A stretch of 64,000 bases of DNA, taken from contig NIVC01000814.1 of NCBI GenBank assembly GCA_002269645.1, positions 310,001 to 374,000 on the forward strand, written 5' to 3'. The notes under the pieces were generated by a model, which worked only from the letters and a program-made list of their open reading frames with translations, had not been told where the DNA came from and did no database searches. The stretch's first letter is position 1, and each line of letters starts with the position of its first letter. This DNA comes from Macrostomum lignano. Lineage: Eukaryota. The position numbers and the translations under genes were made by a program. Positions 1-13,115 of the stretch are shown here, in pieces.

Positions 1-60
1 ATCCTCAGGCTGAGCAACTACTTAATTCCCAGCATTCTCCCACATTGTCCCTGTTTTCAG

Positions 61-531
61 TGAGCCTCCAACAAAAGCGGCTTCATCATCTGCAGTGCCA
101 GCGCCGGACATCCAGTCAGCAGCTGTTCAAGCTGCAGTCGGATCTATCCAACATGCGCGACCTGCTCCAAGCGCTGCAGACCTGCCATCGGAATCGGGAC
201 AGGCACGCCGCCGGCATCAACAGCGACTGCTGCTTCGAGGTTTTGGTCAACGAGCTACGCTACGAGCTGCGTCGTTCGTGTCCGCCGCCGCCCAGTCTTC
301 ATCCTGCGACCTCTGCAGCCCAACGGCAACAGCCGCCTCCCCTGCCTCCTCCACGACTCCAGCAGCAGCCGTCGTTGACTTCCCTCTCGTCAGTGTCGTC
401 GAATGCCTCTTCAAATGCTGCCGGGAATTCGCCCGCTACCAGTGAGCGGCTGCAGCATCAGCATCAGCACCGGTACCTGCACCAGGTGTCCAGCCCGGCT
501 GGGCCACAGCACGGCACCAGACAGCAACCGG
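61..531 (+). CDS. TAB2/TAB3-like protein, penultimate visible exon (coiled-coil and Pro/Gln/Ser-rich linker); gene starts upstream of the window
   Basis: Acceptor ccctgttttcAG at 59-60 and donor G|GTGAGA at 532. The frame of ORF 45..656 gives the coiled-coil-like QQKRLHHLQCQRRTSSQQLFKLQSDLSNMRDLLQ. A phase-1 intron joins it in frame to the NZF exon. The frame is also open from base 3, so the acceptor is not certain. Confidence 0.65.
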
Positions 532-534
532 GTG

Positions 535-537
<3 letters not shown>

Positions 538-619
<82 letters not shown>

Positions 620-711
620 GGCAGGCAGGCAGGCAGGCAGGCAGACAGAAACTTAAGACAAACACTAAGACAGACAGACAGACAGACAGACAGACAGGCA
701 GGCAGGCAGGC

Positions 712-778
<67 letters not shown>

Positions 779-995
779 GAGACAGACAGACAGACAGAGA
801 GACAGACAGACAGACAGATAGACAGACAGACAGACAGAGAGACAGACAGACAGAGACAGGCAGACAGACAGGCAGACAGAGAGACAGGCAGACAGACAGA
901 CAGACAGACAGGCAGACAGGCAGACAGAGAGACAGGCAGATAAAGAGACAGACAGACAGACAGACAGACAGAGACAGACAGACAGACAGACAGGC

Positions 996-1054
<59 letters not shown>

Positions 1055-1175
1055 GAGACAGACAGACGGACAGACAGAGAGACAGGCAGACAGAAAGACA
1101 GACAGACAGAGAGACAGACAGAGAGACAGGCAGACAGAGAGACAGAAAGACAGACAGGCTGACTGGCAGACAGAC
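538..1175 (+). repeat. (GACA)n microsatellite with GGCA/GAGA variants filling the intron
   Basis: Direct reading; begins a few bases after the GTGAG donor. Confidence 0.97.
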
Positions 1176-1547
1176 ACCAGTTTATTCAACAAAACCCCAC
1201 ACGTTGCCGTTGCACCCGCAGCCGACATGGCTCGCTCGGCTCCGCAGACCCCGGTGGTGCCGTCGCAACACCCGCTGCAGGTCAGGCAGCACCAGTCCAT
1301 AGCCGAGGACGATTCCGCAGCCGCCGGTGCAGGCGCCGCCTCTACTTGGCAATGCCACAAGTGCACATTCGAAAATCATCCGGATTTGAAAGAGTGCGAA
1401 ATGTGCAACACGCCAAAGGCGCCGGCCTTCGTTGGCGGTCATCCGTTCTGTATCGGCGACGGTTGCGTCTGCCGATCCGGTGCCGACAGCGGCGACGGCT
1501 CCAGTCAGCAGCAGAGGCAGCAGCGAGTTGGAGAGCAGCCGCTCTAG
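1174..1547 (+). CDS. Terminal exon with RanBP2/NZF zinc finger (TAB2/3-like ubiquitin-binding domain)
   Basis: WQCHKCTFENHPDLKECEMCNTPK fits W-x-C-x2-C-T-F-x-N-H-P-x4-C-E-x-C, with the NHP typical of the TAB2/3 NZF. Stop TAG at 1545-1547. In-phase acceptors lie at 1173 and 1221, so the exon start is ambiguous (1174 or 1222). Confidence 0.75.
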
Positions 1548-1601
1548 GCTCCTTGTTGAGTTCTGCTTGATGACCAATAATTCCTGGTGACTTATGGTGG
1601 G

Positions 1602-2385
1602 TCGAGCTTATCCTTGGAGTGACCCCTGGATCGAGCTTATCCTTGGAGTGACCTATCTGGAGCTTATCCTTGGAGTGACCTATCTGTAGCTTATTCTTGG
1701 AGTGACCCATCTGCAGCTTATAGTTGGAGTGACCCCATCTGGGACTTATCCTTGGAGTGACCCATCTGGAGCTTATCCTTGGAGTGACCCATCTGGAGCT
1801 TATCCTTGGAGTGACCCATCTGGAGCTTATCCTTGGAGTGACCCATCTGGAGCTTATCCTTAGAGTGACCCATCTGGAGCTTATAGTTGGAGTGACCCCA
1901 TCTGGGACTTATCCTTGGAGTGACCCATCTGGAGCTTATCCTTGGAGTGACCCATCTGGAGCTTATCCTTGGAGTAACCCATCTGGAGCTTATAGTTGGA
2001 GTGACCCCATCTGGGACTTATCCTTGGAGTGACCCATCTGGAGCTTATAGTTGGAGTGACCCGTGGGTCCAGCTTATCCTTAGAGTGACCCATCTGGAGC
2101 TTATCCTTGGAGTGACCCATCTGGAGCTTATCCTTGGAGTAACCAATCTGGAGCTTATCCTTGGAGTGACCCGTGGGTCCAGCTTATCCTTGGAGTGACC
2201 CATCTGGGGCTCTTCCTTGGAGTGACCCGTGGGTCCAGCTTATCCTTAGAGTGACCCATCTGGAGCTTATCCTTGGAGTGACCCATCTGGAGCTTATCCT
2301 TGGAGTAACCAATCTGGAGCTTATCCTTGGAGTGACCCGTGGGTCCAGCTCATCCTTGGAGTGATCCCCAAGTCGAGCTACGCCC
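1602..2385 (+). repeat. 27-bp minisatellite GAGTGACCCATCTGGAGCTTATCCTTG
   Basis: About 29 units with recurring variants (CCGTGGGTCC, TATAGTTGG) directly after the TAB-like stop codon. Confidence 0.95.
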
Positions 2386-4394
2386 ATGTGAACCTTGGGT
2401 GACCTCCAGATGCTTTAATTTATTTTAATAATATTGACTTAGTAAGTTTGTTTTTCTTCAGATTTGAATGAATAATTCACTAAGGTTTAATAATTATTTG
2501 TCTATGTTGCCGTATCTATTTTAATAGCTGAAATTATTTCGTAAGGAATTTTTATCTATTCACTTATTTTCGGTGCAAATGACATTGTTATTTTGTGTGC
2601 TTTATATAATAAATGTTTTCTAAGCGCTTTCTATCGCAAATGTGTTACGTCTGATTAATATGTGTACTATACTATTGTTGTGATTCCTTGTGTTTCATTT
2701 TCTACTTGTATAATAAATCATACGATTGATTTATTACCTTAGTAAATTATATAATATTATTGACAATTTCTTTCTTTGAGCAATCAAGTTATTTTTTCAA
2801 AAAAGTAATTGATTATTTGATTATATCATCGTCAAATAGTGAAATTAATAAACATTTTTGTACATTCTATATACTAAAATAAGTTGTCTCTATCTTTTTA
2901 TAGTTCACTATAAATAGGTCTGAAAGTAGTATAGCACAGGCTCGTGTGTATCGTTAGTATGCAATTTCTATTTTATCCGCGTTTTTCCAGCCTTCCCGCG
3001 TGAATCATTTTTCGTCTATTAATTCTAATTAATAATGCATCGAGATTAATCAGTATTTGTTACATAAATAATCACAAATATCAAATTTTATTAGAATTTT
3101 ATTTGTGAACTTTTATCGAAGCTCTCGACTCTTCTCATAGATTATGTTCAACTTTAAGGCTTTGGCACAAAGTAAATAATCTGTTTTGCTAGCACATATA
3201 ATATTCTACATTGGCAATACCAATCTCATATTGGCTATCCCAATCCCTTTTTTTTAAGCAATCGGTTTAGTATCCCCAATTAATTGGCTATTTTTTGCTT
3301 CATTTTTATTAACTAACAGAATTGCCAAGTGTCTTGCTTTTCGGTTTCTTCCGCTTCTGCTCAAGAAGAAATAACCAAATAGTGTTTATTATCATCTGGC
3401 GACTGTTCCCGATCTCTCTGTCCGTCTCAGTGATATTGAAGAAGTAGCTAATTCTGCTCTGTACCATCATATTAAACGAAGTTCTTGAAGATTACAATCG
3501 TGATATAAATGCTTGTAATTACCTATGCAAAATTTAATTGCATAAATGTAATTGTGTCTAGTGTTTCTCGCACATGTGTAAAATATACTGAATAAAAACT
3601 CTACTCTTCCATTTACTTAAATGTTTATCTATCATTAACGCCTAAATTATTTTATATGAAGCACTACATCGTACATAGACAGTTTTATATACAATACGAA
3701 TTCGGCATTTAAACTATAATTTAACTAATTATAATTAAATGTGTATGTGTACTTGGAATTTAGTTGGCTGCTTTTTCTATCTGATGCATTTCAGTTTTAC
3801 CTTAAGAAACTATCTAGCAATCGGATGGAATATACGAGTGTATTTCTTGTTCTCAAGCAGAGATTTAGAACCGGAATACTGGTATTTCGTTTTTGTGCTT
3901 GTTTACATGGTTGGCTCACACCGAATACTCATCTCATTCAAGGTCAGCTCCAGTATCAAAAAGAAAAAAATATTTCTTCAGTTTTAATTTTGTGGTAAAA
4001 ATCTTGATGAGCTGGAGACGAAAAATTAATAGAACTCTTGTGCAGCAGTTTTTCGATTTTTTTCTAAAGATATATATTTAACCATATTAGAACTTAACAA
4101 ATAACTTAATGTTTAAAAAAAAGTTACTAGAGATACTTAAATAAAATTAGTAGCACGCTTCGTTGCAATTTAAGGTGGTTTTTGTTTCACTTTTATACTG
4201 AGCGACTTCGCGCAACTTTAAATTTCCACCCATTGCATGCAGGCGCGCCGTATATCTACAAAATCATATTCATAGCAAGCCCGCCAGCCCAGCAGTGACT
4301 GTTCGTATTGTAAAACGCTACTTCTTATACAATTTTGAAATACTTTATTGATTTTACATAAATCAATTTTGTTAGAGGTCGCAGTAAAGTTATT

Positions 4395-4488
4395 ATGGCT
4401 TCATCAGCAGTTTGCATTGTTGTTGTTGGGCCATGCAGTAATCTTAATTCTGAGGATGCAAATCATTTTTCAAAGACGTTAACTGCGG
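4395..4488 (+). CDS. futsch: MAP1/futsch exon 1
   Basis: ATG at 4395; MASSAVCIVVVGPCSNLNSEDANHFSKTLTA; donor G|GTAAGT at 4489 (phase 1). Splices in frame to give GIKSWD, matching the MAP1 N-terminal 'LVVVG...GIRSWD' motif. Confidence 0.85.
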
Positions 4489-5339
4489 GTAAGTACGAAC
4501 TAAATAAAAGGTTGCTTTTTATTCATGTTGAATGCTTGCTCATGCCTAGCTAAAGGCATTCTGTAGGCTTGTAATGAATTGAAGTCATAAAATGATTTTG
4601 CTTTGGCTTTAATTAGGATTTAAATGCCTTTAATCTGGTTTTAAATTGGCCCTTTGATCTTTATTCTGAGCCAACACTATCAAGTAAATCTTTGTGTCAT
4701 TGTTTTTTTCTATTCTTAAAGCAGTTTTTTATAAATTATTCTTAATCACAGCCAATGACAATGTCTAGACATGACAATGGATATCTTTAGCCTATAAAAT
4801 ATGAAATATTTGACATATTATCTAGTTAATATATTCATGCTATTATAATAAATAGTTAAGCTTAGAAAATTACCTTTTTTGCTTTCAAATTTCCAGTTGC
4901 TTTACTAATTCATGGTTAGGTTATAATTCCCTAGAATATATATTATATAATATTTTTAAACTTTGATTAGTATTAAATTTGTTATTTATAAATGTAACTG
5001 TTAGAAAAATACAAACAATAATAAAAAGTAGGCCTAGTCCAGTTATGAATAAGTCAATTATTGTTATTGTTTCTCTTTCTTTCTATTAGCAGAGTTGGTT
5101 TCTATGGCTTATATAATTTTATTAATACTTATAAGCTATTGTTTCTTAAAAAATTTTTTCTAAAAACTAGGCTAGGCTTATTTAAAAAAACTTCTTTATC
5201 TTTTTTTTAATTTTTTGAATCATGTTACTTAGTGTACTTGAAGTCTGTATGTAAGCCAATATGAGTTTCATTTATTATTAAAAGAATTTTATTTATTAAA
5301 TTGCTTAACTTTCCTATAAATATTATTTATCATTTACAG

Positions 5340-5438
5340 GTATAAAATCTTGGGACTATTTGGCCGATGCCAATGCCAATACTCAGCTTCATCAACTTTT
5401 GGCTGGCAATCCTAATGAACAAATGTGCAACAAATCTG
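5340..5438 (+). CDS. futsch: MAP1/futsch exon 2
   Basis: Acceptor catttacAG at 5338-5339; GIKSWDYLADANANTQLHQLLAGNPNEQMCNKS; donor G|GTAAGT at 5439 (phase 1). Confidence 0.85.
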
Positions 5439-6949
5439 GTAAGTATCTTGTTTGGGCATAAGATTATTGATTTCTAATGTAATAATGTATGATGCATATG
5501 CCAGAAAATAGTAATGCAGTAAAATTCTAACTGGACTCCCTAACTATAGTTCAATGTGCATGCAAGTGACTCATTTGCATAATTAGAATTGGAATGTCTG
5601 GCTAGGAGGGTGGGGTGGGGCTGGCCATCTAAAGCTATGTATCCTCTTGCATTCCCCACCCTGTCTGCCTATCTTCTGTGTTGTCTGCAGTCCTGCTATG
5701 GCCAGAGGAAGGAAATTGGGTTTTGGTTGGCTCTTCTGCCCCCCCCCCCTTGTGTGTCTAAATTTGGTTACTGGCGTGTGACGCCCAGGATTGGCTGGGA
5801 GGGGGGGTTGGTCGGGGCTGTGCTGTGTATACAGCAAGAGAAGGAGCCGAACAGGCAGGCAATGTTATAAGGCCGCTGCTGATGCTTATACTGGGCCATG
5901 CCTGTATAATATGCTACTAGGGATAGAAGCTCAAGGCGGGAAAGGGGAGGGGGATGGGGAAGAAAAAAATTTGGGCGGCGGTCCGGTCGGGGGGTTTGTG
6001 TTCGGCTTTGCATTAGGCGGCGTTGGGGGGCAGGGCAAGGAGGGGAGAATTAAGTAAGGACGGAGCAAGACTAACGCTCTTCAAAGCGACCCCCCAGGCC
6101 CTAGTTCATCTCTCTCTTCCCCCTCGTTGCAGTCGCAGCTTTTAAGCTTAACCGAGGAGAACTAGAGACTAGAGCTGGGAGTGACAACTATTTTCCAAAC
6201 CATTACAAAAGCTTGCTATTTTCAGTCGACTGGTCAACTGTCGGCTTATTGGCACTTCTTGGTTGGGACCCCTGTCTTTAGGTTGGCACACCTGTCTCTT
6301 GGGTGGGCAGTGGGCACCCCCTGTCTTTAGGTTGGCGCCCTTGTATCTTAGGTGGGCACCCCCTGTCTTTTATACCAATATATACCAATTTTTACCAAGC
6401 TTGTACACAGAGAATCGTGTACGTTAAACTGAAAACAAAACTACAGTCAATACAGTCTTAATAAGTTGTTTGAAAATTAAGAGTTATGGGAATTAAGGGG
6501 TTACTCCATGTTGTAGTTTCGGGCCTCCATGGCCTAAGCTAAACCAAACCGTTCATTCTTTACCCCATGATTCATTGCGCCCCCCGGTTACCGAAATCCC
6601 CAAAACAGTCAGTCAGCTGGCTTTTTCAAAAAAGGAAGAAAATATTTGCGCGCATTTCTCTTTCCTTTTTTGCTTTCACGTGGCGTGGCCTTTTCCCTTT
6701 TTGCCTGTAGTCTTCCAGGCGGAGAAAGTTAAAATTATGAACGCAAGTTATAGCTAGGTAAAAAGAGTTTTTAAGCTTAGATACTCAATGCCTGTCAATT
6801 CGTTCGGAATCTGCGAGGCTCAATAGCTCATACTATGAATTAAATTATTTGTTAACAAAGTCCATAATTTACGCTTTATTGATTGGGAGACTAACAACTC
6901 AATTGAAGAGAACAAGAATTAAATAACTCGATGATTTAATGATCCAGTA

Positions 6950-9720
6950 ACTATAACTCTATGACTATGTGATGCAGGAGGGACTCAATGACTCAATCAC
7001 TCAATAGTTCAGTGACTCAATGATTCAGTGACTTACTCGTAATGGCTCAATTACTCAATGATTTAATGACTCAATGATTCAGGAACTCGATGATTCAGTA
7101 AGTCAATTCGACTCAGTTATTCAATGACTCAGAGTCAATGATTCAGTGACTTATTGGCTCAATCACTCAATGATTCAGAGACTCAATGGTTTAATGACTC
7201 AATGATTCAGAGACTCAATGGTTTAATGACTCAATGAGTCAATAACTCAATGATTCAGTAACTAAATGAACCAGTAACTCAATGACTCAGTTATTTATTG
7301 ATTCAGTGACTCAATGATTCAGTAACTCAATGATTCAGTAACTCAATGACTCAGTTATTTATTGATTCAGTGACTCAATGATTCAGTAACTCAATGACTC
7401 AGTTATTTATTGATTCAGTGACTCAATGATTCAGTAACTCAATGACTCAGTTATTTATTGATTCAGTGACTCAATGATTCAGTAACTCAATGACTCAGTT
7501 ATTTATTGATTCAGTGACTAAATGATTCAGTAACTCAATGACTCAGTTATTTATTGATTCAGTGACTAAATGATTCAGTAACTCAATGACTCAGTTATTT
7601 ATTGATTCAGTAACTCAATGATTCAGTAACTCAATGACTCAGTTATTTATTGATTCAGTAACTAAATGATTCAGTAACTCAATGACTCAGTTATTTATTG
7701 ATTCAGTGACTAAATGATTCAGTAACTCAATGACTCAGTTATTTATTGATTCAGTAACTCAATGATTCAGTAACTCAATGACTCAGTTATTTATTGATTC
7801 AGTAACTAAATGATTCAGTAACTCAATGACTCAGTTATTTATTGATTCAGTAACTCAATGATTCAGTAACTCAATGACTCAGTTATTTATTGATTCAGTA
7901 ACTAAATGATTCAGTAACTCAATGACTCAGTTATTTATTGATTCAGTGACTCAATGATTCAGTAACTCAATGACTCAGTTATTTATTGATTCAGTGACTC
8001 AATGATTCAGTAACTCAATGACTCAGTTATTTATTGATTCAGTAACTCAATGATTCAGTAACTCAATGACTCAGTTATTTATTGATTCAGTAACTAAATG
8101 ATTCAGTAACTCAATGACTCAGTTATTTATTGAATCAGTGACTCAATGATTCAGTAACTCAATGACTCAGTTATTTATTGATTCAGTGACTCAATGATTC
8201 AGTAACTCAATGATTCAGTAACTCAATGATTCAGTAACTCAATGACTCAGTTATTTATTGATTCAGTGACTCAATGATTCAGTAACTCAATGACTCAGTT
8301 ATTTATTGATTCAGTGACTCAATGATTCAGTAACTCAATGACTCAGTTATTTATTGATTCAGTGACTCAATGATTCAGTAACTCAATGACTCAGTTATTT
8401 ATTGATTCAGTGACTCAATGATTCAGTAACTCAATGACTCAGTTATTTATTGATTCAGTGACTAAATGATTCAGTAACTCAATGACTCAGTTATTTATTG
8501 ATTCAGTGACTAAATGATTCAGTAACTCAATGACTCAGTTATTTATTGATTCAGTAACTCAATGATTCAGTAACTCAATGACTCAGTTATTTATTGATTC
8601 AGTAACTAAATGATTCAGTAACTCAATGACTCAGTTATTTATTGATTCAGTGACTAAATGATTCAGTAACTCAATGACTCAGTTATTTATTGATTCAGTA
8701 ACTCAATGATTCAGTAACTCAATGACTCAGTTATTTATTGATTCAGTAACTAAATGATTCAGTAACTCAATGACTCAGTTATTTATTGATTCAGTAACTC
8801 AATGATTCAGTAACTCAATGACTCAGTTATTTATTGATTCAGTAACTAAATGATTCAGTAACTCAATGACTCAGTTATTTATTGATTCAGTGACTCAATG
8901 ATTCAGTAACTCAATGACTCAGTTATTTATTGATTCAGTGACTCAATGATTCAGTAACTCAATGACTCAGTTATTTATTGATTCAGTAACTCAATGATTC
9001 AGTAACTCAATGACTCAGTTATTTATTGATTCAGTAACTAAATGATTCAGTAACTCAATGACTCAGTTATTTATTGAATCATTGACTCAATGATTCAGTA
9101 ACTCAATGACTCAGTTATTTATTGATTCAGTGACTAAATGATTCAGTAACTCAATGACTCAGTTATTTATTGATTCAGTAACTAAATGATTCAGTAACTC
9201 AATGACTCAGTTATTTATTGATTCAGTAACTAAATGATTCAGTAACTCAATGACTCAGTTATTTATTGATTCAGTAACTAAATGATTCAGTAACTCAATG
9301 ACTCAGTTATTTATTGATTCAGTAACTCAATGATTCAGTAACTCAATGACTCAGTTATTTATTGATTCAGTGACTAAATGATTCAGTGACTCATTGACTC
9401 AGTTATTCAATGATTCAGTGACTCAATGATTCAGTAACTCAATGACTCAGTTATTTATTGAATCAGTGACTCAATGATTCAGTAACTCAATGACTCAGTT
9501 ATTTATTGATTCAGTGACTAAATGATTCAGTAACTCATTGACTCAGTTATTCAATGATTCAGTGACTCAGTTATTCAGGGACTCAATGATTCAGTGACTC
9601 AATGACTCCAATGAATAAATTATTTAACGATTCAAATATTTAATGACTCAAAGGCTCTATCAGTCAAAGTATCCATGAGTTAATGACTCTGACTCAAAAT
9701 AAATGACTCCATGATTCAAT
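6950..9720 (+). repeat. Satellite of 8-bp monomers; core is a 48-bp higher-order unit TGACTCAA TGATTCAG TAACTCAA TGACTCAG TTATTTAT TGATTCAG
   Basis: Homogeneous 48-mers from about 7270 to 9540, with degenerate 8-mer flanks. Confidence 0.97.
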
Positions 9721-9783
9721 TAAATAGTAAAGTAATAGAAAATTTTAAGAAATAAAAAGCATGCTTAATTACTAAGGCTATAG

Positions 9784-10174
9784 CTTTGGGGGCCGTAGCC
9801 TAGTGGTCCAGCGCAGCACTCTGATGTGCCAGCGGCCCAGGCTCGATTCCGAGTGCAGTCACATTAATTTGAGGGCGAGGCTAAATTGGAATCTCGGCTT
9901 GGCTCTGCTCGTGCAATTAACACCCAGCTTGAGGGCCAACCCCCAAGGCACAGTGAAGTGTACATGCCTTACGATAGATAAAGTTAGAGCCGCTGTACAC
10001 TCCTGTGTGAGTGTGTGCCTGTGCGTGTGACTGCGTACGCATGGCGCGCTTGTGTGCCTGCTCAGGGGAGTCCTTTTGGCGTGCCTGCTCAGCGCAATGC
10101 CTCTCACTGGTTATGTGACAATGTCGCTTAAAGTGCGCCAGGGTGCACACACAGCCCCTGCCTCTAATAAAAAG
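9784..10174 (+). mobile_element. tRNA-derived SINE (~390 bp)
   Basis: Head GGGGCCGTAGCCTAGTGG (A box) ... GGCTCGATTCC (B box), unique body, AATAAAAA tail, and a candidate TSD GGCTATAG at 9776-9783 and 10175-10182. Confidence 0.7.
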
Positions 10175-10915
10175 GGCTATAGTATCCTCTATATAATTAA
10201 TTAGTTGCCGTCTCAGTGATCAATTAGGAACTAATCTTTTCCAGGATATTTTTTTACCGTATAGAAAATTAACTTTAATGCGAATCTGAAAGCTTTTAAA
10301 ATAATTTATGCGGTATGCATGGTTAATATTGACAGACTATGCAACTAAAGATTACCATTGCAAAGCTGGTTGGTCATGGTGTATTATAAGTATAGTTTAT
10401 ATCAATGATTAATTACGCATCGTAAACCTAAGTGTATGGTTATATATCCTATATACTAAAAATGAAATGTGTGTCTCTGTGAGATGGATTTCAGAAAAAA
10501 CGGCTTAACCGATTTTCTTCAAACTTGCACCATTCGATCAGAAATTTTCCTGGGACGGTACATGCATCTTGGCTAAGAAATTGCTCAATTTTAAAGGGAT
10601 TAAATATTCGAAAAACATGCTTTTTTGCAAAGGTCAAGCAGCTCTTTCAACTTGAAAGGCATTGTAAAAATGCGAGAGAAAAAACTGACTGACTGAATTT
10701 CAATTGTGATAAAGATTGCATCACAAAAAGTTGAAAACAGTGTCAAAGAAATGCACACACTACTTGATAGAAATTGCGTAACCATATTGCTAACTTAAAT
10801 TGGGACTGATACTGGCTGACCGAGAAATTGATTATGTCATAACTTTTTACTCCAATTGACTTGCTGTAAGAATTGAATTCAAAGGGCCACAGTTCATGTT
10901 CTCAGATTAAAAAAA

Positions 10916-10996
10916 GAGATAGCCTAGATGCGAGCAGACTGGACTGCTAATGTAGTGACCTGGGTTCGAATCTTAGTAGAGCAAAATAATTTTTTT
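10916..10996 (+). ncRNA. tRNA-Ser(GCT)-like Pol III cassette inside the Helitron (degenerate, not a functional tRNA)
   Basis: TAGCCTAGATG (A-box-like), GGACTGCTAAT (anticodon loop CT-GCT-AA), TGGGTTCGAATC (B box), T7 run at 10990-10996. Confidence 0.6.
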
Positions 10997-11034
10997 GTTA
11001 AAACACCTTCAAAACACAAAATGCTAAACATAAA

Positions 11035-12240
11035 AGGGCCACCATGCCAAGCATATACGCGACTCCATGTCGAACATTAAAGAGCCACAATGTCAAAAAT
11101 TAGAGAGCCACCATGTCGAACATTAAAGAGCCACCATGTCAAACATCAAAGAGCCACCATGTCGAACATTAAAAGGCCACAATGTCAAACATTAAAGAGC
11201 CACCATGTCGAGCATATTCGTGACTCCATGTCGAACATTAAAGAACCACCATGTCGAACATTAAAGGGCCACAATGTCAAAAATTAAAGAGCCACCATGT
11301 AAACATAATGGAGCCACCATGTCAAACATTAAAGAGCCACCATGTCAAACATTAAAGTGCCATCGTGTCAAACATTAAAGAGCCACCATGTCAAACATTA
11401 AAGAGCCACTATGTTGAATATTAAAGAGCCACTATGTCAAACAGTAAAGAGCCACCATGTCGAACATTAAAGAGCCACCATGTCAAACATTAAAGAGCCA
11501 CCATTTCAAACATAAAAGAGCCACCATTTCAAACATAAAAGAGCCACCATGTCAAACATAAAAGAGCCACTATGTAAAACATATATGTGACTCTATATCA
11601 AACATATACGTGACTTCATGTCGAACATTAAAGAGCCATCATGCCGAACATTTAAGAGCCACCATGTCAAACATATAAGAGACTTTATTTCAAACAAAAA
11701 AGAGCCACCATGTTGAACATTAAAGAGCCACTGTAAAACAAAAAAAACATTTCGAACATTAAAGAGCTACCATGTCAAACATTAAAGAGCCACCATGTCA
11801 AACATTAAAGTGCCATCGTGTCGAACATTAAAGAGCCACCATGTCAAACATTAAAGAGCCACCATGTCAAACATTAAAGAGCCACCATTTTGAACATTAA
11901 AAAGTCATTATGTCAAACATTAAAGAGCCACTTTGTTGAATATTAAAGAGCCACTATGTCAAACATTAAGGAGCCACCATGTCAAACATTAGAGAGCCAC
12001 CATGTCGAACATAAAGGAGCCGCCATGTCGAACATAAAAGAACCACCATGTAGAACATAAAAGAGCCACCATGTCGAACATAAAGGAGCCACTATGTCGA
12101 ACATAAAAGAGCCACCATGTTGAAAATTAAAGAGCCAACCTGTAAAACATTTAAAAGATTCACCATGTCAAACATATAAGTGACTTCATTTCAAACATAA
12201 AACAGCCACCATGTCAAACATAAAAGATACACAATTTCAA
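11035..12240 (+). repeat. 23-bp minisatellite A (AAAGAGCCACCATGTCAAACATT) inside the Helitron
   Basis: Direct reading; reverse complement of the arrays in stack units B-D. Confidence 0.95.
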
Positions 12241-12316
12241 ACGTAAAAGTGAGCGAATTTTAAAGGAGCCACTATAATGCTAAGGAAATTGTCGCACTAG
12301 CTACTTATTGTCTGGT

Positions 12317-13115
12317 GGATGCTTGCTATTTGGGGATGCTATCTATCTGGGGGATGCTTGCTATCTGAGGGATGCTTGCTATCTGGGGGATGCTTGCTAT
12401 CTGGGGATGCTTGCTATCTGGGGGATGCTTGCTATCTGGGGGATGCTTGCTATCTGGGGATGCTTGCTATCTGGGGGATGCTTGCAATCTGGGGGATGCT
12501 TGCTATCTGGGGATGCTTGCTATCTGGGGGATGCTTGCTTTCTGGGGGATGCTTGCTATCCGGGGATGCTTGCTATTTGGGGATGCTTGCTATCTGGGGA
12601 TGCTTGCTATCCGGGGGATGCTTGCAATCTGGGGGATGCTTGCTATCTGGGGGATGCTTGCTATCTGGGGGATGCTTGCAATCTGGGGGATGCTTGCTAT
12701 CTGGGGGATGCTTGCTATCTGAGGGATGCTTGCTATCTGGGGATGCTTGCTATCTGGGGGATGCTTGCAATCTGGGGATGCTTGCTATCTGAGGGATGCT
12801 TGCTATCTGGGGATGCTTGCTATCTGGGGATGCTTGCTATCTGGGGATGCTTGCTATCTGGGGGATGCTTTTGCTATCTGGGGGATGCTTGCTATCTGGG
12901 GGATGCTTGCTATCTGGGGGATGCTTGCTATCTGGGGGATGCTTGCTATCTGGGGGATGCTTGCTATCTGGGGATTCTTGCTATCTGGGGGATGCTTGCT
13001 ATTTGGGTGATGCTTGCTATCTGGGGATGCTTGCTATTTGGGTGATGCTTGCTATCTGGGGATGCTTGCTATCCGGGGGATGCTTGCAATCTGGGGGATG
13101 CTTGCTGTCTTGGGA
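12317..13115 (+). repeat. 17-18-bp minisatellite B (GGATGCTTGCTATCTGGG) inside the Helitron
   Basis: Direct reading. Confidence 0.95.

Noticed and set aside
3100-4080. Possible small spliced gene between the TAB-like and MAP1 genes
   Set aside because: Short open stretches and an isolated FDTGAD motif on the minus strand, but stops in all frames and no coherent exon chain.
10916-10996. Functional tRNA gene
   Set aside because: Acceptor, D and anticodon stems cannot be paired; kept only as a tRNA-derived cassette. The same applies to the SINE head at 9789-9862.
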